From IMG/VR virus record IMGVR_UViG_3300028364_000020, positions 41,510 through 105,509 of that record: a DNA stretch of 64,000 nucleotides. The stretch is one strand, 5' to 3'. A model generated the notes under the pieces. It saw nothing but the letters and a program-made list of their open reading frames with translations, had not been told where the DNA came from and did not search any database. The position numbers were made by a program, and so were the translations under genes. Shown here piece by piece: positions 52,099 through 60,037 of the stretch (within the stretch, counting starts at the first letter, position 1; every line of letters starts with the position of its first letter). This stretch comes from a virus (lineage: Duplodnaviria; Heunggongvirae; Uroviricota; Caudoviricetes).

Positions 52099-52171
52099 AC
52101 GGGATAGCATAATGGTATGCACCAAGACTCCAAATCTTCGGAAGGATAGAGTTCGTTTCTCTAATCTCGTG
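52099..52171 (+). tRNA. tRNA-Trp (anticodon CCA)
   Basis: The acceptor pairs ACGGGAT with ATCTCGT (one G-U). The D-arm is cata-atgg-tatg. The anticodon loop is ctccaaa (U33, CCA, A37). The T-arm is tagag-ttcgttt-ctcta. Confidence 0.5.
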
Positions 52172-52205
52172 CTAATAAATTGAAACAACAATTTAAATAA
52201 ATAAT

Positions 52206-52276
52206 TCTTCTATGGTGAAATGGTATCACGTTTGATTGTTAATCAATTATTTCCAGTTCGAGTCTGGATGGGAGAG
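52206..52276 (+). tRNA. tRNA-Asn (anticodon GTT)
   Basis: The acceptor pairs TCTTCTA with TGGGAGA (two G-U). The D-arm is gtga-aatggta-tcac. The anticodon loop is ttgttaa (U33, GTT, A37). The T-arm is tccag-ttcgagt-ctgga. Confidence 0.55.
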
Positions 52277-52313
52277 GGTCGTCAAAATTAATCTACTTCC
52301 ACGAAGTGACGAC

Positions 52314-52371
52314 TGGAAACAGGTAAAGCTGGCTAGACGATTAATAAAAATAGTTCATTGATAGATTGGTT
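52314..52371 (+). repeat. conserved ~55-nt post-tRNA element, copy 2
   Basis: It is near-identical to 51805..51859. It is preceded by a perfect hairpin gtcgtca...tgacgac at 52278-52313, immediately after tRNA-Asn. Confidence 0.6.
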
Positions 52372-52380
52372 ACATGGCGT

Positions 52381-52445
52381 AGCTTATTGGAAAAGATTCA
52401 TCACTCATAAGGATGAACAAATGTGTTCGACTCACATATACGCTA
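52381..52445 (+). tRNA. tRNA-like sequence (candidate anticodon CAT, reduced D-arm)
   Basis: The acceptor pairs agcttat with atacgct (6/7). The T-arm is atgtg-ttcgact-cacat. The anticodon loop is ctcataa (U33, CAT, A37) with an A-G closing pair. Only 65 nt. Confidence 0.3.
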
Positions 52446-52493
52446 CTTTTATTTTTTTTTTATGTTTAATACATTTATAAATAAAATAAACTT

Positions 52494-52566
52494 GGGGATA
52501 TAGTTTAAATGAATAAAATTCTGGTCTACGGAATCAGTGATTTGGGTTTGAATCCCAATAACCCTA
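52494..52566 (+). tRNA. tRNA-like sequence (anticodon ambiguous, possibly TCT)
   Basis: The T-arm is ttggg-tttgaat-cccaa. The acceptor pairs ggggata with taaccct, with one mismatch. The anticodon stem cannot be assigned cleanly. Confidence 0.3.
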
Positions 52567-52572
52567 CAAATT

Positions 52573-52645
52573 GGCTCTATAATGTAATTGGATAACATAT
52601 ATCTCTTCTAAAGATATATTCTAGGTTCGAATCCTAGTGGGGTCA
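52573..52645 (+). tRNA. tRNA-Arg (anticodon TCT)
   Basis: The acceptor pairs GGCTCTA with TGGGGTC (three G-U). The D-arm is atgt-aattggata-acat. The anticodon arm is tatct-cttctaa-agata (U33, TCT, A37). The T-arm is CTAGGTTCGAATCCTAG. Confidence 0.6.
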
Positions 52646-52709
52646 CAAAATAAAAAAAAATATTTATTAAAATTAATCACTAAATACTTTTTTTTATGAA
52701 AGATTACTT

Positions 52710-52718
52710 GTACCTTTG
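52710..52718 (+). promoter_or_regulatory. Bacteroidetes-type -7 promoter motif GTACCTTTG
   Basis: The consensus TAnnTTTG. It sits upstream of the tRNA-Ser(GCT) region. Confidence 0.4.
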
Positions 52719-52816
52719 TACAAGCAAAAAAAGAAAGCCTAATATCTTAGTTGCTCAGAGCATCTAATAGGTAGAAAAGTTTTTAGTCATTGAAATATTA
52801 GTTTATAATAAAACAT

Positions 52817-52898
52817 AGTGAGGTGCTAGAATGGTAATAGAAAATTCTGCTAAAGTTTGGTCGGAAACGGCTTATGGGTTCGAATCCCATTCTCACTA
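52817..52898 (+). tRNA. tRNA-Ser (anticodon GCT), class II
   Basis: The acceptor pairs AGTGAGG with TCTCACT (one G-U). The anticodon arm is aaatt-ctgctaa-agttt (U33, GCT, A37). The long variable arm is gtcg-gaaa-cggc. The T-arm is ATGGGTTCGAATCCCAT. Confidence 0.6.
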
Positions 52899-52976
52899 CT
52901 AAGGTAGATTTAAATAAAACGTTAAAATAAATAAAAAAATCATTTTTTTTTTTATTGATTATCAAAAAAAAAGTAA

Positions 52977-52985
52977 GTACCTTTG
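52977..52985 (+). promoter_or_regulatory. Bacteroidetes-type -7 promoter motif GTACCTTTG upstream of the 53017 gene
   Basis: The motif lies about 30 nt upstream of the ATG. Confidence 0.45.
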
Positions 52986-53016
52986 TACAAATAATAACAA
53001 GTAAATATAATTAAAT

Positions 53017-53262
53017 ATGAGAACAGAAGTTACAGAATTAGAGAAGTCTACAAACACTCACACCACAAAAAGTGATGTATTGGTTGTAAAGGAATTAGCA
53101 AACATGACAACAATCGTTATTGAAGCTAAAAATAACGCAATGATTGTGGAGCATGGACATCACAATACAGTTGCAACTGAAAGTGATACTAAACATATCA
53201 TTAAAATCACACAACAAGAGTTTAACCCAATTTTGAAATCGTTTCAAAATTCATTTGATTAA
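53017..53262 (+). CDS. hypothetical small protein
   Basis: 81-aa ORF. Confidence 0.35.
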   Translation: MRTEVTELEKSTNTHTTKSDVLVVKELANMTTIVIEAKNNAMIVEHGHHNTVATESDTKHIIKITQQEFNPILKSFQNSFD

Positions 53263-53280
53263 TTTTTAAATAAATAAATT

Positions 53281-53586
53281 ATGTTATCAGAATTAGTAGG
53301 AAAGTCGGTAATGATTAGAACATATTCGGCAGGTGTTCATTATGGTATTTTAGATTCATACGAAACCAATGGTAGTGACTTTTCAGTTAAGTTAATAAGC
53401 TCAACTAGAGTTTATTCTTGGAGTGGAGCTTGCTCACTATCTCAACTATCTGTTGAGGGTAGTAAAAACAAAGACAGTAAACTGTCTGTTAAAGTACCTT
53501 CAATTTACTTAAAAGCTATTGAAGTCATTGAAATGACAGACTTAGCGGTAAAAAATCTTGATGAACACATAATCTGGAAATCTTGA
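53281..53586 (+). CDS. hypothetical protein
   Basis: 101-aa ORF. Confidence 0.35.
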   Translation: MLSELVGKSVMIRTYSAGVHYGILDSYETNGSDFSVKLISSTRVYSWSGACSLSQLSVEGSKNKDSKLSVKVPSIYLKAIEVIEMTDLAVKNLDEHIIWKS

Positions 53587-54290
53587 TTAATTTAAGTTCA
53601 TTATTAATTGAATCAGCACCTTCTTATGAAGAAGGTGCTAAATTTCTAAACACTAAATATCGAAATAATCAAAAAAGAATTGGTGAAAGGTTTTTTAAAC
53701 CATTAAAGGAGTTTTTAACTATGAACGAATGTAAAAATAGCGATGATGTAGTCAGCTTTTACATTAATTTATGCAAAGATTACAAAGCATATTCATACGA
53801 AGAAGCATTTAAAATCGAAAACCAAGAATTTAGAGCCTCAATTTTTTCATTAATTGATGTTTCTAAAATGATTGATAATTTAGGTCATGAAAGGTTAGTC
53901 ACTGAAGGAATCGAATTAGTTAACAAAACATTTGTTAACGGAACCTTTAAAGAAGAAAAATTAACTCAAATATATGAGTTACATAAAGTTTTTGGTGAAA
54001 AGTTAGAATTAAACGAAGATTTATTTGCCATTAAATGCTGGTGCACATCAACAAATGAAGAGCATTGGTTATGGGTGAATACTGAAGAAGGGTTAAAAAA
54101 CGACCCATTATCTGCAATTGCGTCAACTTGTAAAGTCTATCGCAATATGTTAGGAAAAATAAAACATATTATTAGACAAGGGGATGTTTTTCTATTTGAA
54201 ATGAAAGAAAAAGTAGACGTTAACGAAAATGATGAGGTGGTATCCATGGATAAAGAAAGTTATTTTTCACTATTGAAATCACAATCTTAA
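53583..54290 (+). CDS. hypothetical protein
   Basis: 235-aa ORF followed by a strong terminator. Confidence 0.4.
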   Translation: MINLSSLLIESAPSYEEGAKFLNTKYRNNQKRIGERFFKPLKEFLTMNECKNSDDVVSFYINLCKDYKAYSYEEAFKIENQEFRASIFSLIDVSKMIDNLGHERLVTEGIELVNKTFVNGTFKEEKLTQIYELHKVFGEKLELNEDLFAIKCWCTSTNEEHWLWVNTEEGLKNDPLSAIASTCKVYRNMLGKIKHIIRQGDVFLFEMKEKVDVNENDEVVSMDKESYFSLLKSQS

Positions 54291-54292
54291 TT

Positions 54293-54325
54293 AAAAAAAA
54301 AGCCCCATATGGGGCTTTTTTTATT
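54293..54325 (+). terminator. rho-independent terminator hairpin
   Basis: The sequence aaaaaaaaagccccatatggggctttttttatt. Confidence 0.7.
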
Positions 54326-54369
54326 TACAGTGATTATTAAAAAATTAAATTAATAATATATAAAAATAT

Positions 54370-54651
54370 ATGGAAGTAATTAGCAATGGTAATGGCTATG
54401 GTAATGGCTATGGTTCTGGTGATGGTTATGGTAATGGTAATGGTTCTGGTAATGGTACTGGTTATGGTTTTGGTAATGGTTATGGTAATGGTACTGGTTC
54501 TGATTATGATTATGGTACTGGTGATGGTTATGGTTATGGTAATGGTTATGGTGATGGTTATGGTTCTAGTTTTGGTGATGGTTCTTTTTGGGGTGATGGT
54601 TCTTCTTGGGGTTTGGGTAGTGGTTCTGGTGATGGTAATGGTGGTGGATAA
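54370..54651 (+). CDS. Gly/Asn/Tyr-repeat low-complexity small protein (93 aa), paralogue 1
   Basis: It starts MEVISNG and continues with (G-N/Y/S/D-G) repeats and aromatic residues (Y, F, W). Confidence 0.45.
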   Translation: MEVISNGNGYGNGYGSGDGYGNGNGSGNGTGYGFGNGYGNGTGSDYDYGTGDGYGYGNGYGDGYGSSFGDGSFWGDGSSWGLGSGSGDGNGGG

Positions 54652-54661
54652 AATAAAGTAT

Positions 54662-54823
54662 ATGGAAGTAATTAGCAATGGTTCTGGTAATGGTTCTGGT
54701 AATGGTTCTGGAAATGGTAACGGTTTTGGTTCTGGTACTGGAACTTATTATGGTAATGGTTCTGGTAATGGTTATGGTAATGGTACGGGTAATGGTGGTG
54801 GACATGGTGATGGTAATGGATAA
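54662..54823 (+). CDS. Gly/Asn/Tyr-repeat small protein (53 aa), paralogue 2
   Basis: Same conserved 5' leader and same MEVISNG start, followed by GSGNG repeats. Confidence 0.45.
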   Translation: MEVISNGSGNGSGNGSGNGNGFGSGTGTYYGNGSGNGYGNGTGNGGGHGDGNG

Positions 54824-54835
54824 AATAAATAGGTA

Positions 54836-54892
54836 TGGAAGTAATTAGCAAGGGTGGTGGTAATTATGACTATAGGATTATAACTAGATAAT
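54836..54892 (+). CDS. truncated third copy (MEVISKGGGNYDYRIITR)
   Basis: The same leader nucleotide sequence recurs with a short Gly-rich ORF. Confidence 0.25.
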
Positions 54893-54930
54893 TTTATTTT
54901 TATAATAGTTTATGATATTTATAATAAACT

Positions 54931-55962
54931 ATGATTAATATTATAAAAAATACACAGTCAGCAAAATACTTTGGTTCTACATACGGTCAAGATGTTGAAC
55001 CAACTGGTACCTATGTTATTGAAAAAGATAATGATTCAATAACTAAACACCCTTGGATAGAAGGTAAAGCGGATATTAAAAACCCTTTAGAAATAATAGT
55101 TAATGAAGATACATTAATATCATACAAATATGACCTCGCTAAAAAGTTTAAGCGTAAGGGTAAAAAATTAACTGAAAAATTAATGACCATTGGTTATGAT
55201 GCCATTATAACCAAATATGAAAATGGTGATAGTGGCGAAATAATACTTTTCCCAAATTGTAATTTTATGTTAGGAATTAATGAAAACAAAAAAAAAATAA
55301 AATCTCTACTTAGAGAAGATTTTAGTTCAGAACCATATGAAATATTAGAAACACTTATGGTTGAAGATTACCCAAACAGTTTTGATATGGAATATTTCAA
55401 AACACTTGTAAAATTCACTGAAAGGATTAAATACTGTGAGGAAAACCTAAAAAGAATCTCTTCTGGTTCCGCTAGGATTGTTTATATGATTGATAATGAA
55501 AAAGTTTTAAAACTAGCTAAAAATAAAAAAGGTTTAGCACAAAATGAAACAGAAATACAATGGGGTAACGATGGTTATTTCGGAAGCATATTAGCTAAAA
55601 CTTTTAATTATGATGACAATAATTTATGGGTCGAAATGGAATTAGCTAAAAAAGTTAATAAAAATACATTTTTAACCCTTGCTGGATGTAAAATCGATGA
55701 TATGTATAATTATTTAGATAATGTTTACAATGTAGCAAATGGTGGTAGAAAACTGCATTCTCAATCTCCAGAAATAATTGAAATGTTAAACGAAAACCAT
55801 TTTGTTGATTTGATTAGAGATTTTATGATGAATATTGACGTTAGACCTGGAGATTTTGGTAGATTAAATAGTTATGGTTTAGTTCAAAGAAATGGTCAAG
55901 ACGACATTGTCTTAATAGATTTTGGATTAACAAATTCTATTTATGATACATATTATTCTTAA
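54931..55962 (+). CDS. protein-kinase-like fold protein
   Basis: It has a Gly-rich loop plus beta3-Lys context (SSGSARIVYMIDNEKVLKLAK). A catalytic-loop-like DVRPGDFGRLN is present. A DFG motif (IVLIDFGLT) is present. No nucleotidyltransferase KxDG motif. Confidence 0.4.
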   Translation: MINIIKNTQSAKYFGSTYGQDVEPTGTYVIEKDNDSITKHPWIEGKADIKNPLEIIVNEDTLISYKYDLAKKFKRKGKKLTEKLMTIGYDAIITKYENGDSGEIILFPNCNFMLGINENKKKIKSLLREDFSSEPYEILETLMVEDYPNSFDMEYFKTLVKFTERIKYCEENLKRISSGSARIVYMIDNEKVLKLAKNKKGLAQNETEIQWGNDGYFGSILAKTFNYDDNNLWVEMELAKKVNKNTFLTLAGCKIDDMYNYLDNVYNVANGGRKLHSQSPEIIEMLNENHFVDLIRDFMMNIDVRPGDFGRLNSYGLVQRNGQDDIVLIDFGLTNSIYDTYYS

Positions 55963-55990
55963 TAATATTTTTTTATTCGATTAAAATAAT

Positions 55991-55999
55991 TTACCTTTG
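55991..55999 (+). promoter_or_regulatory. Bacteroidetes-type -7 promoter motif TTACCTTTG upstream of the kinase-CPDase gene
   Basis: The motif lies 8 nt upstream of the ATG at 56007. Confidence 0.4.
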
Positions 56000-56006
56000 T
56001 TTCATT

Positions 56007-56924
56007 ATGAAAGAAATAAACAAATTAGGTAAATTAGTTACTAGACCAAATCAAGAATTAATTATAATTCGTGGCATACCAGGAGCTGGTAAATCAACAA
56101 AAGCTAAAGAGCTAGTCGGCTCAAACGGTAAAATTCACTCAACAGATTCAATTATTGAAGCCACTGGAGATTACAGAGGTTTTTTTTCATCTATGGTGGA
56201 AACAAAAGATTTTTCACCATTATCAAATGCACATTCCTTAAATGTTTTAAATGCAATTGAATCAATTAATCAAGGGTTTTCCCCAGTAATACTTGATAAT
56301 ACTAACATTAAACAAAACGAACCTAAAAAAATGGTTGAAAAAGCCTTAGGAATGGGGCTATCTGATTCTAATATAAAAATAGTTGATATTGGAACAAATG
56401 GCTTATCAGCTAATCAACTATTTGAAAGAAATACACATGGGGTTCCATTAGCAAAAATTAAAGCTATGATTGATAGTCACAAAGGTCAGGGTGTGCTTAC
56501 TTTAGATAGTATTTTATCTTCAAAAGACCTTTATAGTAATTCGGATATATTATATTCAGAAGTTGTGTTGGATGATTTATCAAAAAATAACTTATTATCA
56601 GCGGTTAAAGATTTTATTCCAGATGGGTGGGTAATTTTTGCTCATCACATGACAATTGCATATGGTAAAGATATACCTAAAAAAGAAGATATTGGTTTAG
56701 AAGTATCATTAAATGTTACTGATATTGGTTCAACTGACATGGCTTTAGCTGTTAAGGTTTATGGTTATGAGTCAACAAATGATGTCGCACACATAACTAT
56801 AGCAGTAAATCCAAATGGTGGTAGACCAGTGATGAGTAACAATATAACTGAATGGGAACAGATTAAAACCCTTAAAGTAAAAGGTACAGTAAATGAAAGT
56901 TCTATGAAAACCAATCCCAAGTAA
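56007..56924 (+). CDS. RNA end-healing enzyme: P-loop polynucleotide kinase fused to a 2H phosphoesterase (2',3'-cyclic phosphodiesterase)
   Basis: The N-terminal Walker A is IIIRGIPGAGKSTKA. The C-terminal half has two H-x-T-x motifs (AHHMTIAY and AHITIAV), which define the 2H/LigT/CPDase superfamily. Confidence 0.65.
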   Translation: MKEINKLGKLVTRPNQELIIIRGIPGAGKSTKAKELVGSNGKIHSTDSIIEATGDYRGFFSSMVETKDFSPLSNAHSLNVLNAIESINQGFSPVILDNTNIKQNEPKKMVEKALGMGLSDSNIKIVDIGTNGLSANQLFERNTHGVPLAKIKAMIDSHKGQGVLTLDSILSSKDLYSNSDILYSEVVLDDLSKNNLLSAVKDFIPDGWVIFAHHMTIAYGKDIPKKEDIGLEVSLNVTDIGSTDMALAVKVYGYESTNDVAHITIAVNPNGGRPVMSNNITEWEQIKTLKVKGTVNESSMKTNPK

Positions 56925-57035
56925 TGTCACAAGAAAAATAAATATTAACAGTTTATTAACTTTAAATATTTGTGTGATGTGTAATTAACTAGTACTTTTG
57001 TATCAATAATTAAAACAATTAAAAAATAATAAATT

Positions 57036-57131
57036 ATGAAAGGAGCATTGGGGTTATTTGCAATCGTTGCAATCGTGTACGTTTTTTGGCTGACGTATGT
57101 GTTTATTAAAAGAACAAGAAAAAAAGATTAG
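57036..57131 (+). CDS. small hydrophobic peptide (31 aa) with a basic tail
   Basis: The product MKGALGLFAIVAIVYVFWLTYVFIKRTRKKD has one TM helix. It is too short for the ORF track. Confidence 0.25.
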   Translation: MKGALGLFAIVAIVYVFWLTYVFIKRTRKKD

Positions 57132-57252
57132 TATGGGTTTATTTATTTACTTACTTGGAGCTTTTTTTGGGTGTTGTGTACGTAGTTAATAAAACATATA
57201 AAAACATATAAAAATATATTGTCTTTTTTCTTTTATTAACATATTTATTAAT

Positions 57253-57828
57253 ATGGTACAAAGATACATTAAATTATCAGAATACGCAAGTAAAAAATCA
57301 ATTACTTACACAACAGCTTGGACACACTTTAAAAAGGGGTTAATTAAGAATGCTTTTAAAGATGAATCTGGACACGTACTTATTCCTTTAACTAATTTAA
57401 TTAACTATAATGATATTGTTATTTACTCCAGAGTTTCATCTAATGAAATGAAAGAAAACTTAATTAGACAAGAAGAAAGATTATTAGCTTACGCTAATAA
57501 AAATGATTATAATATACTTAAATCAGTTAAAGAAATTGGTTCTGGAATGAACGATAATAGACCTAAATTAATTAATTTATTAAACGATAACACATGGAAT
57601 GTCTTACTAATCGAAAATAAAGATAGACTAACTAGATTTGGTTTTAATTATATAAAAACATTGTTATTATTACAAAATAAAAAGATAATAATTGTTAACG
57701 AAAATGAAAATGATAACCATTCATTAATGGAAGATTTAATCTCTATAATATATTCATTCTCTGCGAGAATGTATGGGTTAAGAAGAAAAAAAAATAAAAA
57801 AGATATAATTAATTTTATAGAATCATAA
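57253..57828 (+). mobile_element. tnpA: IS607-family TnpA serine recombinase
   Basis: It has an N-terminal MerR-like HTH. The resolvase catalytic region (VIYSRVSSNEMKENLIRQEER) contains the nucleophile Ser. Confidence 0.7.
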
Positions 57829-58994
57829 TGATTAGAACCTCTAAACATATTATATCAAATACTAATCAAGGGAAGCTTGCTTCCCTTGACCAACTATTTA
57901 TTGATTACAAACATGATTTAGAAATATATGTTAATTATATCATAGAAGGTATATTACCCCTTAAACCTAATTTATCTAGTAAATTACTTCCTACAGAAGT
58001 AATAAAACATTCTAAATATAAAAGAGAAATATATAAGCAAGCTAGTTCTATTATAAGGAGTCAATTAGATAAAAGTAAAAAGAAAAGATATTCATCATAT
58101 AAAAAAATATATACATATATGATGAAGAATCATCCTGATTCTTTATTCTGTAAAACTAAATTTTCTGACCTATCATTAAATAATATATTAAAAACTAAAT
58201 ATTTCACTAAACCTAACCTAAATAATATTAGTATTAATCTAACAAATGAATTTTTTAACATACAAAATGGGAACCATTTTGATAACTTTGTTAATCTTAA
58301 ATTACCTTATTTTAATGAAAAGGGCACTCGTGCCCTACAAATAAATATCCCATTTAATCATCATAAACATTCGTTATCATTTAAACATAATACGTTTAAA
58401 TTAAGAAATAATATACAAATTAAGAAGGTAAACGGTAATTATTATATTGCATTAATTTGGGAAAAAGAGATTGATATTAAAACCAATGGCAAAGCCATTG
58501 GAATTGATATGGGTTATAAAAAATTAATTGTTACATCTGATAATCAGTTTATTAATGGTGATTTAAGTGATATATATTCTAAAATAAGTAGATGTAAACA
58601 AGGTAGTAATGGTTTTAAACGAAGTTTAAATCATAGAGATAATGAAATAAATAGGCTGTGTAATTTAATTAACATCGAAGATGTTAATAATATAATAATA
58701 GAAGATTTAGTATCGGTTAAAACTGGTAAAAAATATTTTACAAATAAAATACAAAGATGGTCTTACGCCAAGACCATTGATAAAATAAATAGAATATGTG
58801 AGGATAACGGTATTATGCTGGTGAAGGTTTCACCAGCATATACCTCACAAACATGTTCTAGTTGCGGTCATGTAGATAAGAAGTCTCGCCAAGGCGAGAA
58901 CTTCAAATGTACAAGTTGTGAATATGAAATAGATGCAGATTATAATGCAAGTATTAATATTTATGATAGAGGAATTTACAGTTTCTCTAACTAA
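57828..58994 (+). mobile_element. tnpB: TnpB (OrfB) RNA-guided nuclease of the IS607-type element
   Basis: The C-terminal zinc ribbon is CSSCGHVDKKSRQGENFKCTSC. The RuvC-III motif is DADYNASINI. It is translationally coupled to tnpA through an ATGA overlap. Confidence 0.8.
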
Positions 58995-59221
58995 AAAAAA
59001 CTAAATTTATATATTTTTATATGAAATTAGTAACTGTTATTTATCTTATAAAAAATATTACCCAGAAATACAAAGTAGAACAGGTTATGATACTTGGGTT
59101 GATACAAGCGGTTTCTGGAAGATTGTAGGGATAACAATTTCGTGGCCAATTTTCGTACCACTTGCGTTAATGTGGAGATTATTAGATTATTTTTTTAACA
59201 AATTAACAAAAAAAGATTAAC

Positions 59222-60037
59222 ATGAAGAACATTTTAGGGTTATTGGGTGTATTGACAATATTGTCATTAGGAAGTTGTACAACAGTCGATTCAGGACATA
59301 AAGGAATTGAGGTTAGTTGGGGTGGAGAGACAAACATGAAAGAGATTTATCCAGAAGGGATGTCAGGTGGTTTACATTGGGTGTGGGATGACATGGTTGA
59401 GTATGACGTTAGGGAACACACAATCGTAAAGGTTTTCGAGTTCAATGATAAAAATGATATGGTTACTAAAGTTCAACTAGCTTTAGACTATAACTTAAAT
59501 CCAGAGCAGTTGCAACTTTTACATACGAAAATAAATGATGTCGCAATTAAAATTGAGACTTCTTTATCATCTGCTGCAAAGGAAGTAGTACCACAATATT
59601 CAGCAACAGATTTAAATAGAAACCAGAGGGCTGTAGCAGAAAAAGCGTTAAGTAAAATATTAGAACAAGAGTTACCAGAATTTTACGTTCAATTCAAGCG
59701 TGTAAGAATCACTGATGTTGACATCCCATTAGCTGTTTCTAAATTAGCCACACAAACGGCAGTTCAAATAGGTAAGAATGAGTTAGCGTCAAAGAAAGAA
59801 GAAGAACAAAAGAATTTAGCTTCAGCTAGAATTGCTAAATCAAAAGGAGATTTTGAGTCCGCTCAATATGATGCAAAGACTAAAGACATTTTATCTCAAC
59901 CTAAAATGCTAGAACTACAACGTGTAGAGAATGAAAGGATTATAGCAGAAGGTTTCAAAGCCCATGGAAAATCTATTTATGGTGAGAATAATTATTTTGG
60001 AGCGGGAGCACCAGTTTTGTTAAAAAGCTTAAAATAA
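59222..60037 (+). CDS. SPFH/band-7 domain lipoprotein
   Basis: A lipoprotein signal is present (LTILSLGSC). A prohibitin-like core is followed by an E/K/A-rich coiled coil. Confidence 0.6.
   Translation: MKNILGLLGVLTILSLGSCTTVDSGHKGIEVSWGGETNMKEIYPEGMSGGLHWVWDDMVEYDVREHTIVKVFEFNDKNDMVTKVQLALDYNLNPEQLQLLHTKINDVAIKIETSLSSAAKEVVPQYSATDLNRNQRAVAEKALSKILEQELPEFYVQFKRVRITDVDIPLAVSKLATQTAVQIGKNELASKKEEEQKNLASARIAKSKGDFESAQYDAKTKDILSQPKMLELQRVENERIIAEGFKAHGKSIYGENNYFGAGAPVLLKSLK

Noticed and set aside
54337-54823. Minus-strand ORF (TITITITRT...) and the +2 frame ORF (MVMAMVMA...) overlapping the Gly-rich region
   Set aside because: They are artefacts of translating a 9-nt periodic repeat in the wrong frames. 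Only the Gly/Asn/Tyr frame has a conserved start and leader in all three copies.
54337-54900. CRISPR array
   Set aside because: The repeat unit is 9 nt, it is coding-periodic, and there are no unique spacers. No direct-repeat/spacer architecture occurs anywhere in the window.
54931-55962. RNA ligase partner for the healing enzyme
   Set aside because: There is no KxDG or KxNG nucleotidyltransferase motif I. KYENG has the wrong spacing. The sequence fits a kinase-like fold better.
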